Notes: a model not told the origin generated them from the letters alone. Shown: positions 17,882 through 25,531, counted from the stretch's first letter. The stretch: 26,152 nucleotides of DNA from a virus (IMGVR_UViG_3300020044_002775:1-26152), one strand, 5' to 3'. Numbers and translations are program-made.

Positions 17882-18970
17882 ATGAAAATAGCAGTTTATG
17901 CAATTAGTAAAAACGAATCGTTATTTGTCAAACGGTTTTGCGATTCAGCTAAAGACGCAGATGTTATTCTGATTGCCGATACTGGCAGCATTGACGACAC
18001 AGTTCAGATTGCTAAACAATGCGGCGCATCAGTCTATAACATCTGCGTTTCTCCTTGGCGGTTTGATATTGCTCGGGACACTGCGCTATCTCTAATTCCT
18101 GCTGATGTTGACGTTTGCATTAGCTTGGATTTGGATGAAGTGCTTGAACCTGGCTGGCGCGAAGAAATTGAACGGGTATGGAAATCTGATACCACTCGAT
18201 TGCAATACAAGTTTGACTGGGGCGCTGGCATCAGCTTCTACTATCAAAAGATCCATCATCGCAAAGGCTATCACTGGCATCATCCAGTGCATGAGTACCC
18301 AAGGCCAGACGGTAGAACTGCAGAGGTCTATGCATACACAGACAAACTGCTGGTCAGTCATCATCCAGACAACACAAAGTCTCGCGGCCAATACCTTGAT
18401 CTGCTGCGCCTTGCAGTCAAAGAAGATCCTACGTGCCCGCGCAACGCTTTCTACTTTGCGCGTGAATTGACGTTCTACGGATTGTGGCAAGAATCAATTG
18501 ACGCACTGCAAAAGTATCTTGCGATGCCTGGTGCTGATTGGGCAAACGAACGTTGTTACGCAATGCGGTTGCTTGGCAAAGCGCATGAGGCGCTGAACAT
18601 GGATGGATTTGTTTGGTATCGAAGGGCTTGCGCAGAAGCGCCAGGCACCCGCGAGCCTTGGGTAGATCTTGCGCTGGCTTGCTACAAGCGAGAGCGTTGG
18701 GCTGAGTGTTATTCCTCAGTTAGCACTGCGCTGGCAATCAAAGAAAAGGAATTGGTCTATACCTGCGAGCCTGCAGTCTGGACTGAGCAACCTCATGATC
18801 TGGCTGCTATTTCCGCATATCATTTGGGTTTATTTGCGGTTGCTCTAACTCACGGTACAATTGCGGCTGATATGGCCCCTGAAAATCAGAGGCTTGCCAA
18901 CAATGTAGTCTTTTACCGAGAGTCATTAGACAATGGCCCAACCAAGTCAAGAGGACTTCAACCGGCTTGA
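17882..18970 (+). CDS. Glycosyltransferase family 2 with C-terminal TPR-like helices
   Basis: KNE...IADTGSIDDT, F..ARD.AL, DxD-type SLDLDE, W..PVHE, then helical repeats (RNAFYFAREL, REPWVDLALACY). Confidence 0.9.
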   Translation: MKIAVYAISKNESLFVKRFCDSAKDADVILIADTGSIDDTVQIAKQCGASVYNICVSPWRFDIARDTALSLIPADVDVCISLDLDEVLEPGWREEIERVWKSDTTRLQYKFDWGAGISFYYQKIHHRKGYHWHHPVHEYPRPDGRTAEVYAYTDKLLVSHHPDNTKSRGQYLDLLRLAVKEDPTCPRNAFYFARELTFYGLWQESIDALQKYLAMPGADWANERCYAMRLLGKAHEALNMDGFVWYRRACAEAPGTREPWVDLALACYKRERWAECYSSVSTALAIKEKELVYTCEPAVWTEQPHDLAAISAYHLGLFAVALTHGTIAADMAPENQRLANNVVFYRESLDNGPTKSRGLQPA

Positions 18971-19208
18971 GAGCAAAGTCGATAAACTAACTGATGCGGT
19001 ATTGCGTTTGATTTTGCTTGAGGAACGGCAGTCAGCGCAGGGCGAGCGAATTGGGATTGTTGAGCAAAAAATTGCGGTAAATGAATCAACAACGGCACGA
19101 ATAGATTCTAAAGTCGAGCGGTGGATTAACCGAGGTATTGGGGCTTGGGGCGTTGCGGTTGTCCTTTTTGCAATAATTCAATTTGGCGAAAAGCTATTTA
19201 ACAAATGA
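18933..19208 (+). CDS. Holin-like / lysis-associated membrane protein (coiled coil plus one C-terminal TM helix)
   Basis: RLESKVDKL heptads, hydrophobic GIGAWGVAVVLFAII; directly upstream of the endolysin. Confidence 0.55.
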   Translation: MAQPSQEDFNRLESKVDKLTDAVLRLILLEERQSAQGERIGIVEQKIAVNESTTARIDSKVERWINRGIGAWGVAVVLFAIIQFGEKLFNK

Positions 19209-19612
19209 TTAGCAGCCGAAAAATTGAAGATCTTGATCCAAAGACAGCAGAGCTTTGCCGCCGCTTTATTGATGCTTGCAAAACACAGGGCATCGATATC
19301 CTAATCACATCTACCTACCGTGACTTTGAAGCGCAAGGCGCGTTGTATGCGCAGGGTAGGACGGCACCGGGTAAGATAGTAACTAATGCAAAACCCGGCC
19401 AAAGCTGGCACAATTGGAAGTGCGCGTTTGATTTCGCGCCTATCGTTAACGGGAAGATCCCGTGGACAGACGCCAGTCTGTTTACTAAGTGCGGCATCAT
19501 TGCCGAGAGTGTTGGCTTAGAGTGGGCAGGCCGCTGGAAAAGCTTCAAAGAATTAGCCCACTGCCAGTTCACCAACGGACGTACTCTGTCCCAAATGAAA
19601 GAAACCCCATGA
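19205..19612 (+). CDS. Endolysin, peptidase M15 family (L-Ala-D-Glu peptidase-like)
   Basis: TYRD..AQ.ALYAQGRT.PG.IVTNA..GQSWHN...AFD...GLEWAGRW..F.ELAHCQ, the SxHxxxxAxD / H zinc motif. Confidence 0.92.
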   Translation: MISSRKIEDLDPKTAELCRRFIDACKTQGIDILITSTYRDFEAQGALYAQGRTAPGKIVTNAKPGQSWHNWKCAFDFAPIVNGKIPWTDASLFTKCGIIAESVGLEWAGRWKSFKELAHCQFTNGRTLSQMKETP

Positions 19613-19917
19613 ACATCGCCCTCGTAGGTAACGTATTCACCGCACTTAAAGCGGGGTATGCGCTCAAAGATTCCGAAGTTTGGAAGAACCGACAGACTGC
19701 CGTTAACGCTATTGCCGCTGTGCTTAGTGCTGCTATGGCTATTGCTCAGGGGCTTGGCTATGGGTTTGCTGTCAGTAACGAGACAATGCTTGCTATCTCT
19801 GGCGGCATTTGGGCTCTTGTCGGGGTGTTCAACTCTTGGGCCACCGTCGCAACATCCGCCAAAGTTGGTCTGCCAGTGGGCGGTAGTGCCGCTGATGCGC
19901 CCCCAGGCATTGGCTAA
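19609..19917 (+). CDS. Putative holin (102 aa, two TM helices)
   Basis: ATGA overlap with the endolysin stop, so the start is 19609 rather than 19489; two hydrophobic segments. Confidence 0.6.
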   Translation: MNIALVGNVFTALKAGYALKDSEVWKNRQTAVNAIAAVLSAAMAIAQGLGYGFAVSNETMLAISGGIWALVGVFNSWATVATSAKVGLPVGGSAADAPPGIG

Positions 19918-19987
19918 AGCAGAATCCATTAAAGAACATTTAATGGCAGCGGATGGCATAACCATCCGCGTGTCATGCAAAGATTAG
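19760..19987 (+). CDS. Putative lipoprotein (o-spanin/Rz1-like) overprinted on the holin-like gene
   Basis: AGGGG RBS 7 nt before ATG 19760; signal peptide ending in lipobox LSGC; Pro-rich linker; two further Cys. Confidence 0.55.
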   Translation: MGLLSVTRQCLLSLAAFGLLSGCSTLGPPSQHPPKLVCQWAVVPLMRPQALAKAESIKEHLMAADGITIRVSCKD

Positions 19988-20412
19988 ATTTTTGCAAGTG
20001 CATGCGCTTGTTTGTGATGAGCAGAACAAAGCCAAACAACAGATAGTGGTTGGCTGTAATCAGGATGATGCGCTTCCGGAGATTTTTTGCATTCTGGCAA
20101 AGCGCAAACAGGCCATTTTGTTAAACGTCCATCTCGGATAGCATTGTTAACTGCATATTGAGCTTTTTTTCGGTCGGGATATTTTTCCCGCCATTCAGAA
20201 ATAAATTTCTTTGCGCTGGCTTTTCGTTTAGGGGTTTTTGCTCTTTTAAGATCATAAGCAAGTATTTTTTCGCGGCCTTTGCCATGACGATGTTCAAATA
20301 CATCTTTTTTAGTGCAAACTTTGCATTTGTTAAGATGACCGTCAGCCATTTTGGGATGTTTATAAAACTCAAATAAAGATAAATTTTTATTGCATTTAAA
20401 GCATGTTTTCAT
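19984..20412 (-). CDS. HNH-like (His-Me finger) endonuclease with N-terminal zinc finger
   Basis: CxxC...CxxC N-terminus and C-terminal C..PEC...EAHHPDYSQPLSVVWLC..HH; visibly more AT-rich than its neighbours. Confidence 0.75.
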   Translation of the reverse strand: MKTCFKCNKNLSLFEFYKHPKMADGHLNKCKVCTKKDVFEHRHGKGREKILAYDLKRAKTPKRKASAKKFISEWREKYPDRKKAQYAVNNAIRDGRLTKWPVCALPECKKSPEAHHPDYSQPLSVVWLCSAHHKQAHALAKI

Positions 20413-20505
20413 GACGAACTTTCATGATGAACTAAAAGGAATTGCTGGCGCACGGTTGTTCATGCCGTTTGTCCCCCGTCGGGTAGCGCCAACTTGCATA
20501 TTCTA
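20408..20505 (-). promoter_or_regulatory. -10 box plus structured 5' leader of the HNH-like gene
   Basis: TAGAAT (20505-20500), followed by the 8-bp stem GTTGGCGC/GCGCCAGC enclosing two hairpins; loop ATGAAC is complementary to downstream GTTCAT. Confidence 0.45.
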
Positions 20506-20536
20506 GCCGGTTTTTTGAGCGGTTTGCCGGACCCGC

Positions 20537-20797
20537 TTAATTAAAAGGAATATCACTGTCCATATCTTCAACCTTTGACGGTCGCTTTGCTGCAGGCTTT
20601 CCGGCCATCTTTTGTTCTTTCGGTTCAACGCTCAACGAAAGAAACTTGCCGCTACCGTCTTTTTTGGTCTTAGTCCAGCCGGACAGCCAGTAATCAACCC
20701 CGTCAATGTTGATAGTGCCTTTCATGTCGGGGTGCGAGTCTTTTTCTTTACGCTCATTGCGGCTAATAATTCCGCGATTAGTATTGTCGTATTCCAT
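20537..20797 (-). CDS. Single-stranded DNA-binding-like protein (DUF736-like)
   Basis: HPDMKGTINIDG..YWLSGW...KFLSLSV core and acidic C-terminal DMDSDIPF tail like SSB. Confidence 0.7.
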   Translation of the reverse strand: MEYDNTNRGIISRNERKEKDSHPDMKGTINIDGVDYWLSGWTKTKKDGSGKFLSLSVEPKEQKMAGKPAAKRPSKVEDMDSDIPFN

Positions 20798-21419
20798 TTG
20801 TCGCTTTCATTGTGATAGGTGCGATTGAGTGCAGCAGTTCGGAGATTTGCTCTGCAATTTGTCGATGCTCTTTTTGTGTGCTTTTGTCCAATCTTTGTTT
20901 AAGGTAGTGAATCCAACTGCGCATGGTGCCAGCCATGTATAACCTGCTGGCGGTTAATCCTTCAGGCAGGATTGATCTAGCGACTTCTTTTGCAATGCCT
21001 TGACTCAAAGCATATTCATAAAAGTTAGTGCTTTGCATTACTACTTGATTCTGAATATCGTTCCAGATTGACTGCTTGCCAGCATCGTCGCATTCAAGAC
21101 TGTTCTGCCGGTTTTGAGTGTCTTGCAGTCTACATTCGCGCAATTGCGGCGCAGCAAGTTTATCAAACGATTGGTAGCGGCCGCTGAACTCTTGAAAGCT
21201 AAAGCTACGGTGCCGCAGGATTTGCCGGCCGATGTCGCGGGTAGTGTTTATTTCAATGCAGACGCTTGCCATTTCAAATGGCGAAACGTGGCCGTGCTGC
21301 ATCATATAGCCTAGCAGTTTTTCAATGTTTGGATTGTCTTGATTTTGCGGGTTGCTAACTCTAGCAATGTACGCAATCTGCTGGTCAATGTCTGGCGTGG
21401 CCCACACAAGTTTAATCAT
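20778..21419 (-). CDS. thyX: Flavin-dependent thymidylate synthase
   Basis: GHVSPFE, QILRHRSFSFQEFSGRY (RHRx7S ThyX motif), AKEVARSILP, TQKEHR. ATG at 21419. Confidence 0.95.
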   Translation of the reverse strand: MIKLVWATPDIDQQIAYIARVSNPQNQDNPNIEKLLGYMMQHGHVSPFEMASVCIEINTTRDIGRQILRHRSFSFQEFSGRYQSFDKLAAPQLRECRLQDTQNRQNSLECDDAGKQSIWNDIQNQVVMQSTNFYEYALSQGIAKEVARSILPEGLTASRLYMAGTMRSWIHYLKQRLDKSTQKEHRQIAEQISELLHSIAPITMKATNGIRQY

Positions 21420-21612
21420 TTCTGTCCTGTTTTTTAAGTGTCGGCAATGGTGCCCAGCCACGCCAGAAGCCTGGTGAGCCGTTGTAGTTACTGTAAACAG
21501 CAACGCCGCTCGCGTTCAGCAGCTGAACCTTTACGCCGGTCGGGCAGGTAGCCATTGGAAGCCAGTTGTATTTAGGATCAACTGCTGCCGTCTTTGTAGA
21601 ATCTTTTCTCAC
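21412..21612 (-). CDS. Hypothetical protein (DUF551-like)
   Basis: WLPMATCP.G..V.L ... GWAPLP pattern; GTGA overlap with the upstream gene. Confidence 0.6.
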   Translation of the reverse strand: MRKDSTKTAAVDPKYNWLPMATCPTGVKVQLLNASGVAVYSNYNGSPGFWRGWAPLPTLKKQDRND

Positions 21613-21764
21613 AGTTGCTCCACCACAATATCATCTTGCGGCACTTCAAACGTGTTCCAGCGGATTTTGCATTTATCGCAAGAGCGACGGCGCTTAATCC
21701 AACCTTCTTTTGTTTCTTCGCTGTCCAGCACTTTGCTTCGTTCGTTACATTTGATGCAAGTCAT
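21609..21764 (-). CDS. NrdR-like N-terminal zinc-ribbon protein (51 aa, not in ORF track)
   Basis: MTCIKCNERSKVLDSEETKEGWIKRRRSCDKCKIRWNTFE matches the CxxC..KV.DS....RRR.CxxC..R..T.E pattern; translationally coupled on both sides. Confidence 0.75.
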   Translation of the reverse strand: MTCIKCNERSKVLDSEETKEGWIKRRRSCDKCKIRWNTFEVPQDDIVVEQL

Positions 21765-22072
21765 TTTGTTTCCTTGATTAAGTATCTCAACTCGACGGTC
21801 CTTGTTGCACTGCGCAGACTGCTGAGGCTAGCGCCCTTCATGAGTTCGATTGCTATCGCAACGAAGGTTTCAACTTCTGCCCTAGTGTCATCAGACCAAC
21901 CGATAAGTTCGGCCACGCACATTTGCATCCGTACATCTTTTAGCTTAGCCACGCGCTCGACAAGGTACTCAAGATCCTCGCGTGGCAGCGCCGCCCGTTG
22001 CTGCAGAAGATACGTCATACGCTCTGCCTGCATTGCCACAAAGTTCTTATCAAGTTTGGCTCGCTGCGTCAT
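21761..22072 (-). CDS. Hypothetical protein (103 aa)
   Basis: Co-oriented and overlapping its neighbours in the early operon. Confidence 0.65.
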   Translation of the reverse strand: MTQRAKLDKNFVAMQAERMTYLLQQRAALPREDLEYLVERVAKLKDVRMQMCVAELIGWSDDTRAEVETFVAIAIELMKGASLSSLRSATRTVELRYLIKETK

Positions 22073-22727
22073 TTTTTACTTTGTAGTCTTTGAATACAAT
22101 GCCTTTACTAGGGTCGCCAACTTTGCACGGTTGGACCCATGCAATTTTTCCGGAAGGTAGTTTGCGGTAATGGCCGCGACGATCGTGCTGGCGTGGGCTT
22201 GCGTGAGTGCCGCCCTGCGGAGCGTTCTTAAGCGGCTTTGGCCCGATTTCAACGGTATGCCAGTCAAAGCTAATCGGACTCTTACCCTTGGCCGCTCGCT
22301 TGCGATTGATGAATGAGTCCTGCGGGACTGGCTTATAAGCACTAGCCGACGTTTCTGCTAGCTTGACTAATACCGCGCAGACCATCCGAAACGCTGGCCG
22401 CACATCTTCCTGTTTAATTGCCTTGTCTTTCTGGTAATAACGTAGACCATCTTCTGTCTGCACATACGCGAACGGCTTCATGTACGTCCCATGCCACATT
22501 GAAGCGCCACCAACCGCAACCGAACCGGACCCCTGCGTAAGCCAGAGGGCAAAGTCCTTGCCGGATTGATCCCGCCCGACAATGCCTGTGCGCGGGAACG
22601 GAAGGTTAAGCACAACGTCATTAACAACCGGGCCACCTTTCCATCGATCCATGTTGCCGACATCGAACCACATTGCAGTCTCAGGCTCGGGTGCCATTCG
22701 GACAGCTTTTTGAATTAGCGGCGTCAT
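22050..22727 (-). CDS. Hypothetical phage protein with C-terminal HxRRGHxR motif
   Basis: HASPRQHDRRGHYRKLPSGKIAWVQPCKVGD; ATG at 22727 overlaps the upstream stop (ATGA). Confidence 0.7.
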   Translation of the reverse strand: MTPLIQKAVRMAPEPETAMWFDVGNMDRWKGGPVVNDVVLNLPFPRTGIVGRDQSGKDFALWLTQGSGSVAVGGASMWHGTYMKPFAYVQTEDGLRYYQKDKAIKQEDVRPAFRMVCAVLVKLAETSASAYKPVPQDSFINRKRAAKGKSPISFDWHTVEIGPKPLKNAPQGGTHASPRQHDRRGHYRKLPSGKIAWVQPCKVGDPSKGIVFKDYKVKNDAASQT

Positions 22728-22897
22728 TTTCGCCTTCTGGCTGCGCAGAACTGGCAGATCCACCTGTACTTAGTCATCACGCCTTTATCCGGTTGATCGG
22801 TTTGGCAGGTGGTGCAGAACCGCTTATTGCCCATCGCCTTGATGAGCTTCGCGGTCATCTCTTTGCGAGCCTCAGTGCTGGTTACGTCACTGCTCAT
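22724..22897 (-). CDS. Small zinc-finger protein (57 aa, not in ORF track)
   Basis: MSSDVTSTEARKEMTAKLIKAMGNKRFCTTCQTDQPDKGVMTKYRWICQFCAARRRK; two CxxC motifs; ATGA overlaps at both ends. Confidence 0.7.
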   Translation of the reverse strand: MSSDVTSTEARKEMTAKLIKAMGNKRFCTTCQTDQPDKGVMTKYRWICQFCAARRRK

Positions 22898-23181
22898 CGC
22901 TTACCCCAATCTTGTGGGCGCGCGTAGAGGAGTGTGATGCTTGGGTCGTCGGGCGGTGTATCATCATATTCAATCTGCTCGCACTCGCCGTCGCTGTTGA
23001 CGTAAGCCCACCCCACCGGCTTTTGCTCCGGCTTTGCCAGCGCGGCGCGGAGAGATTCAATCGCATCCTTTACGTCTGGCTGGTCATGCTTTGACACCTC
23101 AAGCCCAGAGTAGTCGTTCATGTACAGCGACTTGTCCAACGCCTCCAGCACCTGCGCTGCCGCTTTCCGTAAGTCACTCAT
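22894..23181 (-). CDS. Hypothetical protein (Ead/Ea22-like early protein)
   Basis: MSDLRKAAAQVLEAL...AIESLRAALAKPEQKPVGW...LYARP; RBS AGGGGG. Confidence 0.65.
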   Translation of the reverse strand: MSDLRKAAAQVLEALDKSLYMNDYSGLEVSKHDQPDVKDAIESLRAALAKPEQKPVGWAYVNSDGECEQIEYDDTPPDDPSITLLYARPQDWGKR

Positions 23182-23356
23182 TGTTGCCCCCCTTGATCTT
23201 CCTGATCGCGCACTCATAGTGCGCCGGTCCCCATTCCCAACATCCCGGTCCGTGTGTCCCGATGCGAGACAGCAAATGCTGTTCGTAGTGCAAGGACTTA
23301 GTCAGGCGCTCGATTTCATTGCGCAATATTTCATTTTCTAGTTTTGCGCTATCCAT
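23174..23356 (-). CDS. Hypothetical protein (60 aa)
   Basis: Coiled coil followed by THGPGCWEWGPAHYECA; packed in the operon. Confidence 0.65.
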   Translation of the reverse strand: MDSAKLENEILRNEIERLTKSLHYEQHLLSRIGTHGPGCWEWGPAHYECAIRKIKGGNNE

Positions 23357-23564
23357 TTCCAATTATCCTATTAAGATTTAATCTTTTGTCGTAATCTTCT
23401 CTGCATTCAACTGAGCAAAACAATTGATTGCGTATTGTTTCTTGACAAAACCAGCAAAACCCCATGATTGCTAGCCCTGTTTTAGCTCGGTTACGCACTT
23501 TGTTAATATAACTTTCAAGCGTTTGCTGCGCTTGATCGTTAGCGTTGTCTGCTTCGTCAGACAT
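23349..23564 (-). CDS. TraR/DksA-like C4 zinc-finger protein
   Basis: N-terminal MSDEADNA (DxxDxA motif), a helix, then CWFC...FCSVEC. Confidence 0.7.
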   Translation of the reverse strand: MSDEADNANDQAQQTLESYINKVRNRAKTGLAIMGFCWFCQETIRNQLFCSVECREDYDKRLNLNRIIGNG

Positions 23565-23899
23565 CAATGTCCCCAAACATTCTTTTGTTTAGGCTTTAGC
23601 ACAACAAACATTCCGACTTTGCCTTTTTCGCTCAAGTTTAGGATGCGTTTTTCTCGCACTAACTCACCCATTGCGCGAACGATAATGTGCTTTTCCACTA
23701 CTAGCTGATTAGCTAATCGTTGAATGCTTGTGCCTTTTTTTTCATCAAGCAATTGCTCAATTTGCACATACAGCGGATTGCGTTCTTTGATGACTCCAAC
23801 CGGTTTGTTTTCCGGCGCTTCTGCAGTCAGTTTACGATAAATATATCGGTGCAGTTTTAGAGCCATGCGAGCGTGAGCAGCTTTTTGGTCTGGCGTCAT
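23564..23899 (-). CDS. Hypothetical protein, possible winged-helix DNA-binding domain
   Basis: TSIQRLANQLVVEKHIIVRAMGELVREKRI resembles a wHTH; ATGA overlap. Confidence 0.55.
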   Translation of the reverse strand: MTPDQKAAHARMALKLHRYIYRKLTAEAPENKPVGVIKERNPLYVQIEQLLDEKKGTSIQRLANQLVVEKHIIVRAMGELVREKRILNLSEKGKVGMFVVLKPKQKNVWGH

Positions 23900-24525
23900 G
23901 CTGTCACCTTTGCAAACAACTGCTCTACTTCGTAAAGAAAAGCCTGCGCCTTCGCTTCAATATCCTTAATCTCATCTTCCGCAGGCGTCCAGTGCCACGT
24001 TGCCATACGCTGACCGAATGGCATACGCGGATCGTAGGAAACTAGGATTGCGCTGGTGCGGCCGGTGCAGGCCAATTGCGCCAGCACCTGGGGCTTGTGC
24101 TGCGCCGGAAATTCGTCTTTCATCAGCCAGCCTACATGGGTCGAGCTTGTCGGGCACTTGATTTCAATCACTGTATCGTGCGCCACAAAACCGTCAGGCG
24201 ACGCGCCAAAATGCTCAATTGTCGGGTGCAGGATGAACCCGCAGTCCTCAATCAATATCCCCGTTTTGGCCTGCCAAGTCGCTTTGGCATGAGGTTCGTA
24301 CTCAATGCCCCAGCGCATTGCATCATTTACAAAGTTTGGCGTCTGGTCGCCCGTCAGCCGTTGCGCAACGATATCAATGATTAGCTTGTTGCGTTCTTCG
24401 CTTGAGCGCACGTTGCCCTGCTTGTCGGGCTTCAGGAACGACATGGCTTTCGCCATGTTCGAGGCGGTAAGATTTCCGACGCGGGCGTTTAGCCACGCAC
24501 CGCTACCTTGGGGGGCAAAGTTCAT
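23896..24525 (-). CDS. YqaJ-like / lambda-type exonuclease
   Basis: QGS.AWL.AR.G.LTAS, AMRWGIEYEP.A, GASPDG, IEIKCP, QV.AQL motifs. Confidence 0.92.
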   Translation of the reverse strand: MNFAPQGSGAWLNARVGNLTASNMAKAMSFLKPDKQGNVRSSEERNKLIIDIVAQRLTGDQTPNFVNDAMRWGIEYEPHAKATWQAKTGILIEDCGFILHPTIEHFGASPDGFVAHDTVIEIKCPTSSTHVGWLMKDEFPAQHKPQVLAQLACTGRTSAILVSYDPRMPFGQRMATWHWTPAEDEIKDIEAKAQAFLYEVEQLFAKVTA

Positions 24526-25127
24526 TTTGACTCCTGAGATTCGACCAGCATTTTTAATGTTTCCAGCTGCGGTTTCAGTTCGCTGCGTTGCGACGGCGAG
24601 GCGCTGGCCCAGAAGTCTGCAAATGCTGGCCGGCCTGCTTTGGCGGCGGCGATTGCAGCGTTCTGCAGCTCAAGGTTGATCTCCGGCGCTTTTACTTCCG
24701 GGTGATGCGCGTCGGCGTCATTGTCGCCTTCGGTTGGGATGCAGAAGGTCTGCAGGCAGGCGTATTTATAAGCCGCTGACATTGCTTTATTCGTCGCTTT
24801 GTCGGCGCTGTCCATTGCTTCGCCAGGCACCCGCACAGTGACGCTGGAGCCGTCCTTGCTGCTCGCAAACGTAAACTCAACATCAACCACTACCGCAAAC
24901 AACACGCCGCCTCGGGCGCTCTGCCGCTCGGTCACAGACCGGCTGAGGCACTTTGGCAGGATGCACAGACCTTCGCCCGCCATAAGCGGGGCCAGCGCGT
25001 TGTAGACATCATCAATGCCTCGAAACTTGTATCCTTGACTTTCGTTCTTGCGAACCTTGCCAATCCCGGCTCGAGCCAGGCCAGCCATCACATTAGAGAT
25101 GGCAACATATACCTGTGGTGTAGTCAT
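24522..25127 (-). CDS. ERF-family single-strand annealing protein
   Basis: N..QGYKFRGIDDVYNAL, GEAMDSADKATNKAMSAAYKYA...F.IPTEGDND.D; adjacent to the exonuclease. Confidence 0.88.
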   Translation of the reverse strand: MTTPQVYVAISNVMAGLARAGIGKVRKNESQGYKFRGIDDVYNALAPLMAGEGLCILPKCLSRSVTERQSARGGVLFAVVVDVEFTFASSKDGSSVTVRVPGEAMDSADKATNKAMSAAYKYACLQTFCIPTEGDNDADAHHPEVKAPEINLELQNAAIAAAKAGRPAFADFWASASPSQRSELKPQLETLKMLVESQESK

Positions 25128-25306
25128 CAAAACCCCCAAAGAACTGCGATTAAACTGCAAATAAGAATTGCGGCGGATAGCCTCCCAATAAACCGGTCCA
25201 TTTTGTCATGGTCTTTTGGCCATTCTGCATACGGCCCAAACGCCTGCTGCAGCGTCCTGGGCGCGGTTAATCCCTTGCGCGGCACTGCGCGACTGACTAT
25301 GTTCAT
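25127..25306 (-). CDS. Small membrane protein (59 aa), first gene of the leftward operon
   Basis: RBS AGGGGG; PRTLQQAFGPY motif and C-terminal hydrophobic helix. Confidence 0.65.
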   Translation of the reverse strand: MNIVSRAVPRKGLTAPRTLQQAFGPYAEWPKDHDKMDRFIGRLSAAILICSLIAVLWGF

Positions 25307-25412
25307 TTTGCCCCCTGTTGAAGTGAGGTTCAATCGTATGCCGGCCAGCAATGACCGTCCAGTCGCTACGTTTCATTTTTTGCACAATTGCTTGTTTGGC
25401 GCACAAGTGGCC

Positions 25413-25441
25413 TTGCGCTAGACAATTGCCGGCGCTATCGT
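25413..25441 (+). promoter_or_regulatory. Candidate sigma70 promoter for rightward unit
   Basis: TTGCGC - 17 nt - TATCGT in the divergent intergenic region, overlapping an imperfect inverted repeat. Confidence 0.45.
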
Positions 25442-25452
25442 TCAATCCCGCG

Positions 25453-25531
25453 TGCAGTCGGCACAACCAGTGCAACGCTGGAAAGAGGAACGCCCCCAGC
25501 CTGCGGCGGGCAGGAAACTGCACAACCCGCC
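25453..25531 (+). ncRNA. Candidate structured leader RNA
   Basis: GTGCAGT/ACTGCAC closing stem, two inner hairpins, GGCGGG complementary to downstream CCCGCC. Confidence 0.4.

Noticed and set aside
19315-19980. 221-aa antisense ORF over the lysis cassette
   Set aside because: Opposes the endolysin, holin-like and lipoprotein ORFs and has no recognisable motif.
21615-22160. 181-aa + strand ORF
   Set aside because: Antisense to a tightly coupled - strand operon; no motif or RBS.
25453-25531. Hammerhead ribozyme or c-di-GMP-I riboswitch
   Set aside because: A GAAA precedes the closing stem but there is no CUGAnGA core, and the GEMM consensus is only superficially matched.
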